Shown: positions 13,708-28,100 of the stretch, piece by piece
Layout: each line of letters starts with the position of its first letter
How positions within the stretch are numbered: the first letter of the stretch is position 1
NCBI RefSeq assembly: GCF_964355755.1
Contig: NC_092672.1
Coordinates: 27,596,437-27,660,436, forward strand
From: Antedon mediterranea
Lineage: Eukaryota > Animalia > Echinodermata
Reading direction: 5' to 3'
Length of the DNA stretch: 64,000 nucleotides
Notes under the pieces: generated by a model
What the model was told of the DNA's origin: nothing
Database searches by the model: none
The model's input: only the letters and a program-made list of their open reading frames with translations
Program-made: the position numbers and the translations under genes

Positions 13708-16169
13708 GGTATATAAAACATATACTGTATCAAACTTGGCTCAATAATCACTGGACTAAGTAAACAGACAAAAGACCATTTGACTGACAATTATGGCGTT
13801 AGCATCCATAACAATACATGGAGGTGATTTTCAACTTCACTTTTATGAAATTATTTATCTGGAAACAAACACTTATAATGGTACAGAGTTGCTAGATGAC
13901 GAACAAGTTCCACGGCATGGGTAACAAAGACCAGTGCAAAAAAGACCTGCTGAACGGCACTTGCAGTTCCCTGAGCAATGCAGGCAACCAATTCCTCGAT
14001 AATTGTTCAGAACTTCTGGTCTTGGATGCTCGAGATTGTGCCAATAAAAGTGCAGTAGTGACAGTTCGTACAATTCAGGATGTAGGTACTACCCAGTACC
14101 AACAATATTTCAAGGAAGTTATTCTCGACAGAAGTGTTGCAATTCAACAAGCCATCAAACAGAATAAGCTGCCGTTGTTCAACACACCATGGTCAAAATC
14201 AGTGTCCAAAACAAAGCAACAAGTTAAGAGTTTAAAAAGTGACTGCAGCCTATTCAGTCGACTGTATATTGCAAGTCAATCTAGTGATGGAGATTTAGAA
14301 GACATCTTCATGCATGAAAACCAGCCATGGCAACCCTCGTTGGCAGTAAATGGAAAGCTTCGACTACCAACTAAGAAGTCTGAGTTGCTACAGCATTTGG
14401 AGACTGAAGGCCAGCCTGAACCTCCTACATATTTTGACGTAAAGGTGTTTGACAGAGCTGCTATTGTCCATGCCCTTTCCAGCACCCATGGATTTACATT
14501 TGATTACTACGGTGATAAGGTGAGTACATTTCTTTGCATTCAGGATTGTATCTATTGTTTAACCACCACATAATTGGTCACTTCTATATGCGGATCGTTA
14601 TTCTTGTATCATTTGTATGACAGGTCTTTCTACCGTGGACCAGATAGCAGCTGCAGAATAGTAACAGAATTGATATAGTGTGGGACACTTACAGGAGAAA
14701 AAAGAGGAAAAGGGGTCAAGAGGAAAGTTGGGGGACAAACAAAGATTCCAGGGAATTTTCCAGACTTTCTGAAAGATCCAGTAAATAAAGAGGAGTTATT
14801 TAACTTTTTAACTACAAAGGTGTCTACCCATGATTACTCTGACTGCAAAGAAGTTTACATTACATCAGGTAAGTTTTATTATGATACATACTCATTTATT
14901 TTGTTTGTAACCAAACGATTAATTTACTTATACAGTTTCATACCAATAATTAATTAAAAAGGCATATTAAATTAGTAAGTAATTCTTGATATATGTCCTG
15001 TAGGCGAGTCTGTTGTATGTTGACATCTACTCAACCTATGTCAATCTGCGACCATGAAGAGGCCGACTCCAGGATGTGCATTCACATTGATGATGCCTTA
15101 AAGAAAGGTAGCAGGGTTATTTTGGTGCGTACAGTTGATACTGATGACGTCGTTATCCTGGTTGGTATTTTCTGCAATCTAATAGCCTGTTATCTTGGTA
15201 CGTGTATCTGGGTCGCATTTGGCATGCGTAAGCACTTCTAATATTTTAATATAAATACCATCTGCCATAACCTAGGAGAGGATAAGTCAAGAGGGCTGCC
15301 AGTTTTTCATGCATTTACTGGGTCCGATACTACATCCCAGTTCTTCGGAAAATCAAAACACTCCGCATGGGAGACGTGGAACTCATTTCCAGCAGTCACA
15401 GAAGCCTTTCTTTTCATGGCACATCACCCTTTCAAATCTCTAGGAGTCAACTCATCTCAATTCCAGTTGCTAGATGAGTTTACATGTCATCTATACGACA
15501 AGACAAGTACTTTAAGAAGTGTTACTAAGCTAAGACAAGATCTTTTTTTCAAGAAAGGCACGGACAATGGACAACATTCCTCCTACACAGGTAAGGGGAG
15601 CTTCCATATAATTGTCAATTGTCGTTTAATAATTTATTATCAGATTCATGTTTTTCTTTCATTAAAAGGTAACACCAATCTTTAAATTGTTTATTGCAGG
15701 ATGCACTTTTACAGCATTCCAACAGATCCATATACCAAGCAAGCATTTGGACCACCAGTCTACAGCCACAGCAGAATGCTCCATCACCAGAAGACTTTGG
15801 TTGGACTAAAACCGGCAGTACATGGACACCAGTCTGGACAATACTACCTGAAGCATCCAAGGCATGTAGGGAATTGCTAAAGTGTGGCTGCAAAAAGTTG
15901 CCTTTTTGCTCAGGGAACTGCAAGTGTCGTTCAGCAGTGCACTGGTCTTGTTACCCATGCCGTGGAACTTGTTCGTCATCTAGCAACTCTGTACCATTAT
16001 AAGCGTTTGTTTCCAGATAAATAATTTCATAAAAGTAAAGTTGATAATCACCTCCATGTATTGTTATGGTTGCTAACGCCATAATTGTCAGTCAAATGGT
16101 CTTTTGTCGGTTTACTAATAGTCCAGTGGTTATTGAGCCAAGTTTGATATAGTATATGTTTTATATACC
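13708..16169 (+). mobile_element. Academ-type (AcademX-like) DNA transposon derivative with about 270-bp inverted arms
   Basis: 13708-13978 is the reverse complement of about 15906-16169. The interior encodes the 3' part of the transposon protein. Confidence 0.7.
13980..16002 (+). pseudogene. Decayed, intron-containing Academ-like transposon ORF (XPG/FEN1-like nuclease motifs plus C-terminal Cys-rich finger)
   Basis: Motifs HENQPWQPSL, RIDIVWDTY, HEEADSRM, RTVDTDDVV, FHAFTGSDTTS, ELLKCGCKK..CSGNCKC. Putative introns at 14520-14623, about 14868-15003 and 15591-15699. Contains in-frame stops (e.g. about 14645, 15239) and frameshifts. Confidence 0.75.
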
Positions 16170-16746
16170 TTTATTCTAGGCCTGATGTTTCCGAAGTATA
16201 AAATGCAATTTTTTGAAGACCTGCAGCTCTAGTTTTAAACAGTTTCTTAGCTCAGCCCCAACAATAAAGCTGGTCATATTTCGAAGTACAAGAAGTCCAT
16301 TTTCCGGGACCTAACATCTCTATTTTTCAAACATTTCTTAGCTCAGTCACAACCTTGATAGGGACTTATATATTTTGTTTCATGTTTTGAAGTATAATAA
16401 GTCCAACTTCCGGGACCTCCAACTCTATTTTTCTAAATTTTCTTTGAACTTTTATTTTTTTAATTGAAAAATATGGATTGAAACAGTCATCGCGCATCGT
16501 TTTTTTGCACGCAGTATTTTATTTATGCATTATAAAAAATGGAAAAAATGGCTACCCTAAATCTGATTAAAATGACCTCAAATGACGCTAGAACGCGTTG
16601 CTTCCGGGGGCTCCCCCCCCCTGGACCCCCACCGGGGGCCCTTGGCGGCCCCCTGGCCCCCAGCCTAGTGATGCTCGCTTCGCTCGCATAGCCCCCTCGT
16701 CGGGGAATGTAGCCCCCGCGTCGGGAAGATCCTGGCGCCACCCCTG
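16170..16746. mobile_element. Truncated non-autonomous TIR element (right end CCTGGCGCCACCCCTG)
   Basis: GC-rich terminus plus internal degenerate ctcagcccca/ttccgggacc repeats. No left end found. Confidence 0.5.
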
Positions 16747-16944
16747 GTATGTATATACGAAGATTTAAGTTTTCACCTAATTACGTAATACTAAAAAAAG
16801 GGCGTGGTCCAAATGACGTCGTTAAATTGTTCCGATTTTTGGGCACCCCTTCAAGGATTGTTAGATATACCCTAAAGAAGGTTTGTGCCAAATTTGGTGC
16901 TTTTGTCACAAAGTGCACAAAAAAAGTGCTAAGTTACCCTGCTA
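16747..16944 (+). mobile_element. Probable Academ-type right terminus
   Basis: Ends in ...ccctgcta. The subterminal gtgccaaatttggtgcttttgtcacaaa resembles the end of the 39756-43426 element. Confidence 0.4.
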
Positions 16945-18331
16945 TACGTGGCGCTATACGATCTTTGATCTCTCTCTCTCTCTGCGTCAAGTTTTCAACG
17001 AGAAGACATCGACATTTTTATGAGCAAACCATTGCGAGTTTTAATACAAGTTTTACGATAATAATTAGTTGTCCTAATTATTAGCACTATTACATTTTGA
17101 TATTCAGCGTTTTAACTTTACATATTTTACTACGTGTTACTGTATGTTATCGTGTTTCAATTTAATATTGTACCGTTGTATATATTATTGTCCTGAACTA
17201 GCCTAGCCTAACCTTACACTGCGCACGTACGTACGCGCTTCGTGTGGATTTGTGGTTTCTACACTCCGTATAGTTTATTTACTTCGAGCCTAGGATACTT
17301 CCAGCTTTGGATATCGTTTGACTGCTACAATACTCCATTACCGTATTCTAAATAGGGTAAGTAAAGACCGAATTACTTATTCCCTAAAACACTTGCCTCA
17401 CAGTGTGCAAAATTATTACTATTAAAGCCCGGCGCACACTAGAGATTTCGGCTGAGCCAACTGGCACGAGTAACAATTGGCTCACTAAAAAATGTGCCGC
17501 AAACTATGATCGCGTTCTATCGGACGCACACTAACCGCAAGTAACGAACTTTTGCGTGACGATCGAAGTAAGAATACTGCGATCGTCACGCAAAAGTTTG
17601 TTACTTGAAAGGCCGGTGTACACCGAACGCGAAGCCGCGAAGCGTCATGCGTCACGCGTCATTCGACGGATCGCTTTGAAAGTTGAATTGTCATGCGTCT
17701 ATTAGTTTTTCTTGTCGGTTCCCACTAAACGCGTCACGATGTGCTGATTCGTCGCGATTGCTAGGCCTAGGAGATAGTGGGTTGGCCAATACAATGCTAC
17801 ATTTAAAATAATCAGAGAGCTAGAGAAGATGACTCTGAAGTATTTCCTATGCAAGTTTAACCAGAGAAGAGTTAAATTAAAATGTAATTTAACTCTTCCC
17901 TGGTTACACCAATCACAGTGTTTGGTTTTGGTGGGAAAATGTTATCCTTTTCCAAAGCTTGAAATGTGCATGATTGTATGTATATATCACAAGGACAGAA
18001 GAAGATGTATCCAATATCAATACAGTTACAAGAATTAAAGCATTTATTGCATGTTGATTACACGTACATGTGATCTGCTGACTGTATTTATTAGAGGTGT
18101 TACAAATATCTTTCAACAGAGGTTATTATAACCATATAAAACATTTCATATAAACACGAACTGGGAATCTTCATGGGTTTGTCACTTTCAAATATAAACT
18201 ATACGCCTAATATATTAATGTAAAGTTTTCACATTCATTTTCTAATTATTATTAAATATTATATTATTCATGACAAAACATACAGTTTTTTTCTCATTTG
18301 ATTAAATGTAATAAATATCCCTAACTCATAT

Positions 18332-18512
18332 TTACACTGTATATTATCTTATGACTTTTTTTCACATAAATACACTTATTTAAATAGTGAATCATTGTTT
18401 TTAAAGGTATCATTAAATAATTAATCATTACACTGTATATTATCTTATGACTTTTTCACATAAATACACTTATTGAAATAGTGAATCATTGTTTTTAAAG
18501 GTATCATTAAAT
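18332..18512 (+). repeat. Tandem duplication of about 96 bp
   Basis: ttacactgtatattatcttatgacttttt..aaggtatcattaaata occurs twice. Confidence 0.85.
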
Positions 18513-19797
18513 ATCAACCAGAATTTCTTTTTTACTACTCCTGAATACTTTCACAAAATAATATCAAAATAATAAATTTAAAATGTATCATCCCAAAAAA
18601 AATGAAAATTGAAGAAATATTATTATTGTTAAAAGTGAATAACTAACCCTAAAGTGTTATACTGTATTACACACAACGAAAATGTTTTAAATTATATTTT
18701 CAGGAAGACAATATATCTTGTCCAAAAAATGTCACTAAACTTAAAAATGTATTATCCCATAGAATCATGAAAAATGAAGATGATTAAAATCAAATTTGAA
18801 TAGGCCATTTTGTAGTTTTAACAAAGTTAATCACTTGCATAGAAAAAAAACCCCAAAAAACTTATGTTTTCACTTATAAAATGAAAAAAATTCCATTAGC
18901 TGGCTGCCAATTTGACTATTTTTTTTAGTATTGGAGTATAACAAAACATATACATATTATATTTCCATGTGTTCTCTATTGCTAAAAAAAGACATTCAGT
19001 TCAGCTTTCCTTTTACAGTCCAACTCCTCCTTAATCTCTTCCATTTTCTATATAAAAAAAATGAAACAAGTATTAATAAATTGCTATAGTAAGGCATATT
19101 GCTCAAATCATTTTTTCTGGCCAATGTATGTCACCAAGTATTTGTATTTAATATTTTGCTTAGGCCTATTTTATTGTGTATGTGTATAAATATTTCTACT
19201 CTGAGTAAAATGTCTTGCTTCATATGCTACATACATGATTATTATATTTTTGGTGGAGAAATAGGCATATAAAATGAACTGATCAAGTCAAAAGTTCTTG
19301 ACAAACAGATCAAAACTTATCAGCATCACCTCATTTTTTACAGTGTTGTGTTCATTCCATTAGTGATCTGATTTTTGCAATTGGAAGAGGAAAGCGACTC
19401 TTATACCGATAATTGCAGGATGAACATGACACGAAATGTAATGTGAACAGGAACTAAACAAGTTCAAATGATCGCAATATACCACATTTAAAACCCACTT
19501 CAAATGATAAGAATACCTTAAATGTTTTTAAATTGTAGTCTCCATTTCCATAGTACTATTTGGGGGGTGAAGGTGAATTGAACGAACGATTGTGTTAAAA
19601 GTTTATCAAGATTTAAGAATACGGAAAGCGAAATGATTAAAACATACTGTTAAGACAGAAGTAAAAAAACTAATCTGTAAATGTAAATGTTTGTATTATA
19701 AACTAATCATTTTATCAATTGCTCTCCTTAGGCTTGTTCATTGTTTTTAACAGGTAATTGTTAACATATTTTTTTACATATACCATTTTTTTATATG

Positions 19798-19943
19798 TTT
19801 TTAGTCGCGTGGTCGCGACTCTATAGTTCACTATGTCGGTCGGTCGGTCTGTCGGTCTGTCGGTCTGTCGGTCTGTCGGTCTGTCTGTCGGTCCGGTATT
19901 ACTATGCGTTTTAGCACGTGACTTATGGCTGTTGGCCTTGTTT
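19798..19943 (+). mobile_element. Miniature Helentron-associated (HINE/DINE-like) element
   Basis: T-run, 5' stem-loop agtcgcg-tggt-cgcgact, (gtcg/gtct)n microsatellite, and 3' end ggccttgttt. Confidence 0.55.
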
Positions 19944-20849
19944 CCCTTCTACTCGGTAAAAGAGAGAGATGGGGGAGGGGGAGGGGGGAGAGAGAGAAAG
20001 AGAGAAAAGAGGTTTAGTGTAGTAAGTCTGTTGTAAAGTAGTTATTTGATTAGATTTTTTTTATCTGTATCTATTTTTAATCCGTGTCTATTTATAATTA
20101 TTATTTTATATATTCACTCATAAGCCAGAATTGGGTGGTCTTGTATTTCACAAGAGTGTGATTAAATAAATAAATAAAATAAATACATTTTATAAAAGCT
20201 CTTTCAACTATTGCGACGAACAGGAAAAGTATAGTTTGGTTATCTTAACAGGAACCAACAGTAATACTTATCATTTAAAGATTTACTTGAATTGAAAAAT
20301 ATTAATGATTTAAGATGATTTAAACTGGTTTTGAAAATAATGAAATGGAAAAAATAGGGCCTACAAACTTATTCAAATGCAACTTATATTTTTAAAGTTT
20401 ACATTCATGTAGCCTATTTCATGGTTCATTCATTTTTTTAATAAACTTACGTATACAAACAATGTGAAAAAATAAATAAATTAGAGCAGTTTATGATTTC
20501 TTAAATAATGTCCAAATTTGATAGTTTTTTTTAATAATAAAAATGTCAATTTTGAATTTAACCGGTTCATAAACGACAGTGACACTGTAACAATATTTAA
20601 ATATTTGCGAGTATTGTATTCAAATTTTGGATGAACTCGCAGCAAGAGCCGTATAAAAACACTACATTCACACCGAAACGTTTAGATAGTATAGGCTGCC
20701 GCAACTGCATCTACTTAATGAATTTATACCAAAGTACAGTCATGTGTTTGCCAATGCCTCTGATTTTGTTAACTCTCTTAGCAAGTTTGGAAGGAACTCA
20801 AGCACATAGTTATCATTCAAGTGAGTTATACAAAATAAATATAATAAAA

Positions 20850-21482
20850 TTATAATCAAAGTAAATTATACTTAAGAAAGCCAAGGCACCTTCTAAAGAT
20901 TTACTTCAAGTATATACTTGCTATATACGTCCTTTAGTTGAATATGCATGCCCTGTGTGGCACAGTTCAATTACGAAAGACCAACTAAGTCAATAGAAAG
21001 AGTTCAAAAAAGAGCTCTACGAATCATTTATGGCATGAACTATGTATCCTACGAGTCTGCTCTTAAATTGTCAGACCTTCCATCGCTAGTTAACAGAAGA
21101 GTCCAACTCTTACTGAAATTTGGTAAAGGAATAATAAAGTCCGATACATTTAGAAGCATTCTTCCCCCTGTTCGTGACATTAGCAGAACCCTGAGGTCTG
21201 CGAGTAAGCCTCTACTCAAAATTCCGTTTGGTCGTACAGAAAGATTTAGATCTTCACCAGTCCCTTTTTTAGTCCGACTCATTAATGATGAATATTGAAT
21301 AGGTTGGCACTATTTTAACTTACAGGTGGACCAATTTTAATGTGGTAAATTATTATTATTTTTTTAAAACTAGTTTTACCTTTTATACATAATGTATTTA
21401 TATATTTTTATCAAATTTTTTAAAATACTACTTTTCAGCCTTTTGGCTGCCGTTGTATTTTGATGTCTTTTTATGAATAAAT
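20850..21482 (+). mobile_element. 5'-truncated LINE 3' fragment (CR1/L2-group-like RT C-terminus)
   Basis: YIRPLVEYACPVWHS (frameshifted), IERVQKRALRII, RTERFRSSPVP. The 3' UTR motif ttcagcc..ggctgc..aataaa is shared with the 23-25 kb LINE. Confidence 0.8.
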
Positions 21483-22178
21483 ATACCTAAATGAATGAGT
21501 TAGAGAATGTATCGTTTAAGAATGATCTCATTAAACAAAATGTTTACACTTAAAATAAAAAAAATATTTATAATCCAAATATTGTTACTATTCATCAGTT
21601 CCATTGCTATTCAGTGACATCATGTCTTTAACTTAGTCTATTTGGTACCATTTTTAAGCACCTTTTGTGTATCTTGTTTAATTCTTCTAAATTATGTTTC
21701 TGTTTATGTCATTTTGTATTGTTGAGGCATGAAGCTATACAATTGTTATAGGTCCATGGTTGAGGTAACACGTCACTTTCTGAGTCACACTAAATTATTG
21801 AAATAGTGAACTTTTTCAATTCACATTATCTGGTATTACTGCAATTTCTGTATGGTAGATTAACTTCAATAGTTATTAGAATCAATTATCTGTTGTTATT
21901 GGTTATTAATCCTGAAAGAATAGGCCGCATCTATTTTATAACATAATCAAATGGAAATAAATACTGAATCTACACTCGATACACTTACAGTATCATGCCA
22001 ATAGACAATAAACAGCTTGCAGTATCATATGCAGTGTCTGCTAATAGCAACTTAATAATGTAAATATACTTCCTATTTTAAGTTGATTTTGCTCATGATT
22101 GTTTAATTTGATCAATTTATAATAAATAATAATTTTAAGCAGGAAGTAGCTTACCGACATTATTTTCTTCAATGTTAG

Positions 22179-25100
22179 GAATACCGGATTATTCTGTCAG
22201 ACTTGTCGATGGCACCGACTTCGGTAATGGTAAGTTACAGTCGGGACGAAACGGCCGGTGGTATTTTGATTGTGAATTTTGGCAAATGCAAAACACCGAA
22301 GTTGTCTGCAGACAACTTGGGTTTCAAGGCGCGGTATCGTTCAGACAAGAGTCGGGGAGTCGAACAACAGCGAGTGGTGACTCTTTTTCCAAATTGGAAA
22401 ACTACTACAAATACAACTGCCAAGGCACTGAAACACGTCTTTCGAGTTGTCCTGAAGAATACCAGGGACGGCACGACTCTTGCGACTATGTTTTTATTAA
22501 ATGTTCAAGTAAGTCAATTTGCTTATTGTTATTGTACATTAACTTTTTGTGTGTATTACATGTAGAACAAGCCGGGTTATAGTATGGAAATACATTTTTC
22601 AATTACATTATTCGTGTCCCCGCCCGTAATTTAAAGATGTATTGTCCCCCTGAAAAAATAATTATTGGATACTATATACATATTCTCTAATGTACAAATA
22701 CCTATGTAGTTTTATTATTAAATTTGTATGGTCGTAATTTGAGTTTTTCTGAGTTCAATTCTTTGTAATTGTCGTTGTTTCTGTTAAACAAAGCTGTAAG
22801 TGGTGGATTTGTTTCTGCTGTTGTTTCTGGTTTTTTTTAGCAATTTGACCTTGTATAATGAGATGCATAAAATATGACTTTGCTGGATAAATTTGTTTAG
22901 TTTACATGTGTACATTTTTTAAGTCCCAACAGTTCGTCTGGTTAGTCAAAAGAGTAATATAATTAAAATACTATTCATTAACACTTTCTTGGAGAAAGGG
23001 TAATTAATTATCTCAAAATGAGACAGATTGTGTCGTTTAAATCAGAACTTGGTGTACTTTTGGATCATATTATTAAATCTCTTGACAGTCTTAAACTTAA
23101 ACACCCAGACGCTGGCTTCATTATTATGGGGGACCTGAACAGAACTGACCTAGCCCCGCTATGCCGTGCACATAACCTAAAACAAATTGTGAAAGAACCA
23201 ACGCGAGGGGATGCAATACTAGATATTATAGCCACCAATCTGAAGCCGTATTATTGTGATCCCCGAATTGTGTCGCCGATGGGTGCTAGCGATCATAATT
23301 GTATTCTGTTGTCAGCAACTACAAGGACGAATAGCAACAAAATCGAAAAGCGTGTAATCAGACCAATGAAAGCAAAAAGTGTTGAAGAATTTGGCCGTTG
23401 GATAACTACCCATGACTGGAACGAGGTTATTAACGCGAGTACTACTGAACAGAAAACGCAATCATTTTATTTGTCATTGACTTCTGCTATGAACACTTTC
23501 TTCCCGGTTAAATCCATTAAGATACATCCAACTGATAAGCCATGGATTTCACAACAAGCAAAGGATCTTATAATGAAACGTCAACACGCTTTTACTAATC
23601 ATGGTAAATCGCTGGAATGGAAATTCTATAGGAATAAGGTACAAAAAGTGATCAAGAAAGACAAAATTAACTTTTACAATGAACGTTTATTAAACTTAAA
23701 AGCCACTAATCCCCATAAATGGCACCAAGGCGTGCAGATGTTAGCTAATAAAACTAAACCCCAACCACTTATCAGTGTTGAGGATATTCCACAGGATGAC
23801 TATCATGGTATAAGTAATTTTGTAAACAACCATTTTGCTATAACTTCCCAAAGCAGACCTAGTATTGATTTATGTAAGCTCCCTACGTATTTACCTGCTA
23901 ATAAACCCCCTAATTTAAAAGAATGGGAAATGTATAATCAATTAAGAAAAGTTAAAGTAAATAAGTCCCCGGGCCCTGATAATTTGCCTAACAGATTAAT
24001 AAGAGATTTTGCATGCGAACTAAGCATCCCTATGACTAATATCTTAAATGCCTCCCTCAGTGAGGGTCATGTCCCAACTATGTGGAAGGATGCTATTGTT
24101 ACTCCGGTTCCCAAAGAAAATGGTTGTACTAGGGTTGACAAATTTCGACCAATCTCGCTTACATGTATCCTAGCTAAGGTAGCTGAGGGCTTCATTAAAA
24201 AATGGCTCTTAACAGATATCGAGAAAAATCTTGATAACAACCAATATGGTTGCCGTAAACACTTTTCTACAACCCATAATTTGGTTGATCTACTAAATGT
24301 GTTCTATGAAGGTAGTAACATTCCCAAATCTGTTGGTCAGTTAGTTTTAACTGACTTTAGTAAAGCATTCGATTGTGTTGACCACACAATAGCAGTTTCT
24401 AAATTAGTAACACTTGGCTGTAGACCTGAAATTGTACCGTGGTTAATTAGCTTTTTGTCAAACAGAACCCAACAAGTACGCTATAAATCCACCTTATCAA
24501 TGAGTGTTAATCTAACATGTGGCATCCCTCAAGGTACGCTCCTTGGGCCTATGATCTTTCTTGCTCTAATTAATGATGCCATGACTCGCCATGTAAAACT
24601 TGGAAATATGTAGATGATTTGTGCATAGGACAGATAGTAAAAAAGGATGTAATTTCCTCAATTCAGAATGATGTTGCTTTACTGAATGTATGGTCTAATG
24701 AAAACAAACTAAAACTTAACCCAACTAAATGTAAAACTATGTATTTTAACTTTCAAAGAAATCAATATGAACATGAACCCCTTTTCATTGGTAATGCTAC
24801 AATTGAAATCGTTAATGAAACTAAGTTACTAGGTTTATGGATAAAAGCTAACCTCAAATGGGACCGTAATGTTAAAGAAATTGTATCCAAAGCCAGCAGA
24901 CGTCTGCATATATTATGTAAATTAAGAAAGTTCAATCTTCCGAAATTTGATCTTGTAGATGTATTTAAGAGTTACATAAGACCAAGTGTTGAATATGCTG
25001 TCCCAGTATGGCATTCTAGTCTCACTAAAAAACAAAGTGATATGATAGAATCTGTCCAAAAAAGGGCTTGCAGAATAATATTGTGTAATGACTACATATG

Positions 25101-28100
25101 TTATGACCAAGCACTCAATGATCTTTCTTTAGACACTTTATCTGATAGAAGGCGTAATCTATGCTATAAGTTTGCTCTGAATTGTTCAAAAAGTATTCAT
25201 TTTGGAAAATGGTTTCCAGTGAAGAATGTAAGTAACATGAAACTAAGACGTGTAAAGTATCAACAACCCAAATGCAGAGTTGAAAGATATAGAAAACGTG
25301 CAATACCATACCTTATCTCGCTTCTAAATGAATAATCAGTATATCACCCAGTACAGCTTTGTGATTCTTATTGATGCTTTTAGGTGTTTTTTTTTCTTTT
25401 TTTAATATTTTAAGCTAAACTTTTTGAATGTTCCTGTATTGTATTTCTTGTGTAAATTGCCTCCTTTTTTATATATATTTATCATTGGTTTTATACTTTT
25501 ATACAAATTTTAATATTGAAAAAATGTAAATATCTTTGTAATTCAGCTAAGGCTGCGATAATGATATTGAAATAAATGAAAAAAAAAAAAAAAACTATTA
25601 GCCAGATTAATTATGTTAAAATATACGGATGCCCTCCTTCCCTCCCTCATTATAGGCTTACAACTCAAGCTAAAAGAAAATGATGGTTTTAGAGTGACCC
25701 ATGATCTGACGTCTCCACATCTTCGTTTTACACACTGACTTTAAAAATAATGGTAACCTTATCAATGATCAAAAGATTGTTTTTGAAACTCATAGGCATA
25801 GTTATTTATTCTTCAGACAAGACCTCATCGTTTCGACTTGTTGGTGGTGGTTCAGTTAACCAAGGACGCGTAGAGTTCTGGACTGGTGACAAATGGCTTT
25901 CTATCTCCACGTCTTCCTGGACAGAATCAGAGGCAAAGGTTAGCAGTAAAATCAAACAGTAATTAGCTTTGAAGTAACCATGAATAATATATTAAAGAAA
26001 AAAATGTATTTTTTTTTCTCCTGGCGTAATATTATTGTTGTATATTTTCGTATAATTAATTACTCGTAGGCCTATTGTATTGCGAATTTGTCTTCTATTT
26101 TTTTTATACGAGTAGCAATTTGCCTTTTTGCAAATAAATTAAGGTAAGGAAACCTTTTTCGGCGCTAATTTAACAAGGGTGTGACATGCAGAGAACAACT
26201 TCGTCACATACAAATATCTTGACTCCATAAAATGTTCTAGCACTAAATGTCTACATGTATTATACATTTATACATTTAGTGCTAGAACATTGTATATTTT
26301 ATAATGACGTCAAAATTGGTGATATTACATTTTACACTGTTTTTAAAGGAATTTATCTACTTTCCTTCTATCTTCATGATCATTTTAAGTATTGATGAAT
26401 ATTTTTCTTAAAAAACATAAAAGGTATTATGCCGACAGCTAGGATATATTGATGGAGCTATTTCATTTGGATCATCGTCTGGTTACACCAGTGCACGTTA
26501 TGGCCAGTCACAGAGTACCGCGTGTCCTACAAATGTGAAATGCTCAGGTTGGGAACCAACGCTTGGTGATTGTAGCGAACTTTATACGTCATCTTATTGT
26601 ACTCATGCACATGACGTCAGTGTCAAATGTCATCCTAAAAGGCAATATGTCGGTATGTCTAAGTGAATTTCACAAAATCCCATTTATGAATAAAACCCTT
26701 ATGCCTATATTAGGTTTACTATTTAATAGAAGTCATTATCTATATCTAGATTTACGTAAGGGCAACATTCGGTAAATCGCGCGTTACTTCTAGAATGTTT
26801 ACTCGATGGTATATACAGTTGGTTCGTACTTTCGGTACTGATTTTAACCACCTGATGTAACCCTATTTACTAATTAAATTGAGTTAGATTTTATTAGTTA
26901 TTAGCATTTAAAACGAATTTAGGTTCAACGATTTGCCCCAAGTAGGGGTGTTTTGTTGATGACAGGCCTATTTTCTTAAACAATTATTTGCGATGAATAA
27001 AACATTCCAATCTCTCTCAGTAAAATTATTTGATTTAACACAATTCAATAAATGTATGGGTCCTTGGGGATAAACTTAAAACCTTTAGATATAGTATTGC
27101 AATACTTTGAAAATACTGTAAATACGTATTAACCATTTTTGTCGCCGTTTGAATCGCAAATTTCTAATTGTTATTGTGGGTACTGTTAGATATATGAACA
27201 CAAATAAACTTTATTACTATGAGTGTGGGTAGACCCTCCGCGTTTAGCTATCTCCTTCTACGATACTTGTTTTAATAGCTGATAACCGGTTGAACAGCTC
27301 GAGTACAGCATCATAATGTTGAAGACAGGCCGATTTTTGTACTTTACTATTTCAATCGACTATGACAGTGACAGTTTTAACAAAGTATTACATCGCAAAT
27401 GGTTTACTGTATTTAGTGGTAAATTATTTATAGGTCTATAAAACATGAACACATATTTCGTTACTGAGTGGATAAAGAATATATTTAAAAATTGTTCCTC
27501 TTTGTACCCATTGTCTTCCCCATTCCTCAACACTAATGTCATATACAAAACCCAAATTGAGTTTGTTTAAATTAGTCCAAATCAAAATTTTGGACTCATT
27601 TTGTGACAAGTTTCTCTTTCGGAAGTAATTCCCAAGGTGGTAATTTTAGTTGACTACATAAATTATTCGTTTCTATAAACGACAATGTATTATAGTCCTG
27701 CGGTACGTACATTAAAAAAAACATTTTTCTTAAACGCTGAAATTACTGTGTATTAGAGAACGTCAATCTGTGGGCACGACATAGATGGTCCGCGAGCAAA
27801 GCAAGTATTTCTATTTAATTTAAATTAGATAATAACATTGATTATATTGGTATTCTATGTAGTTTAATTTTAAATTGGTTGGTCACAAGGTAACTGCCAG
27901 TATACTGTAGGTAAGGGGGAAGGTAGTGGAATTGCTTATTGAAAATTATTTATGTTTTTTTCTCAGAATGTCACTGCTTTGTGTCCTCTGAATGTAACAG
28001 AACAACCGGAAGTTGCCCTGGTGACCAATGTGCTGTGGGATGGGCCGGAGATTTTTGTCAAATCGGTAAAAAGTTAAATTTAATTGGAAAATGCTCAAGA

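Noticed and set aside
21600-21770. Candidate signal-peptide first exon for copy A (and at about 44670-44800 for copy B)
   Set aside because: The ATG frames hit early stops and no consistent phase-1 donor could be matched between paralogs, so the start was left uncalled.
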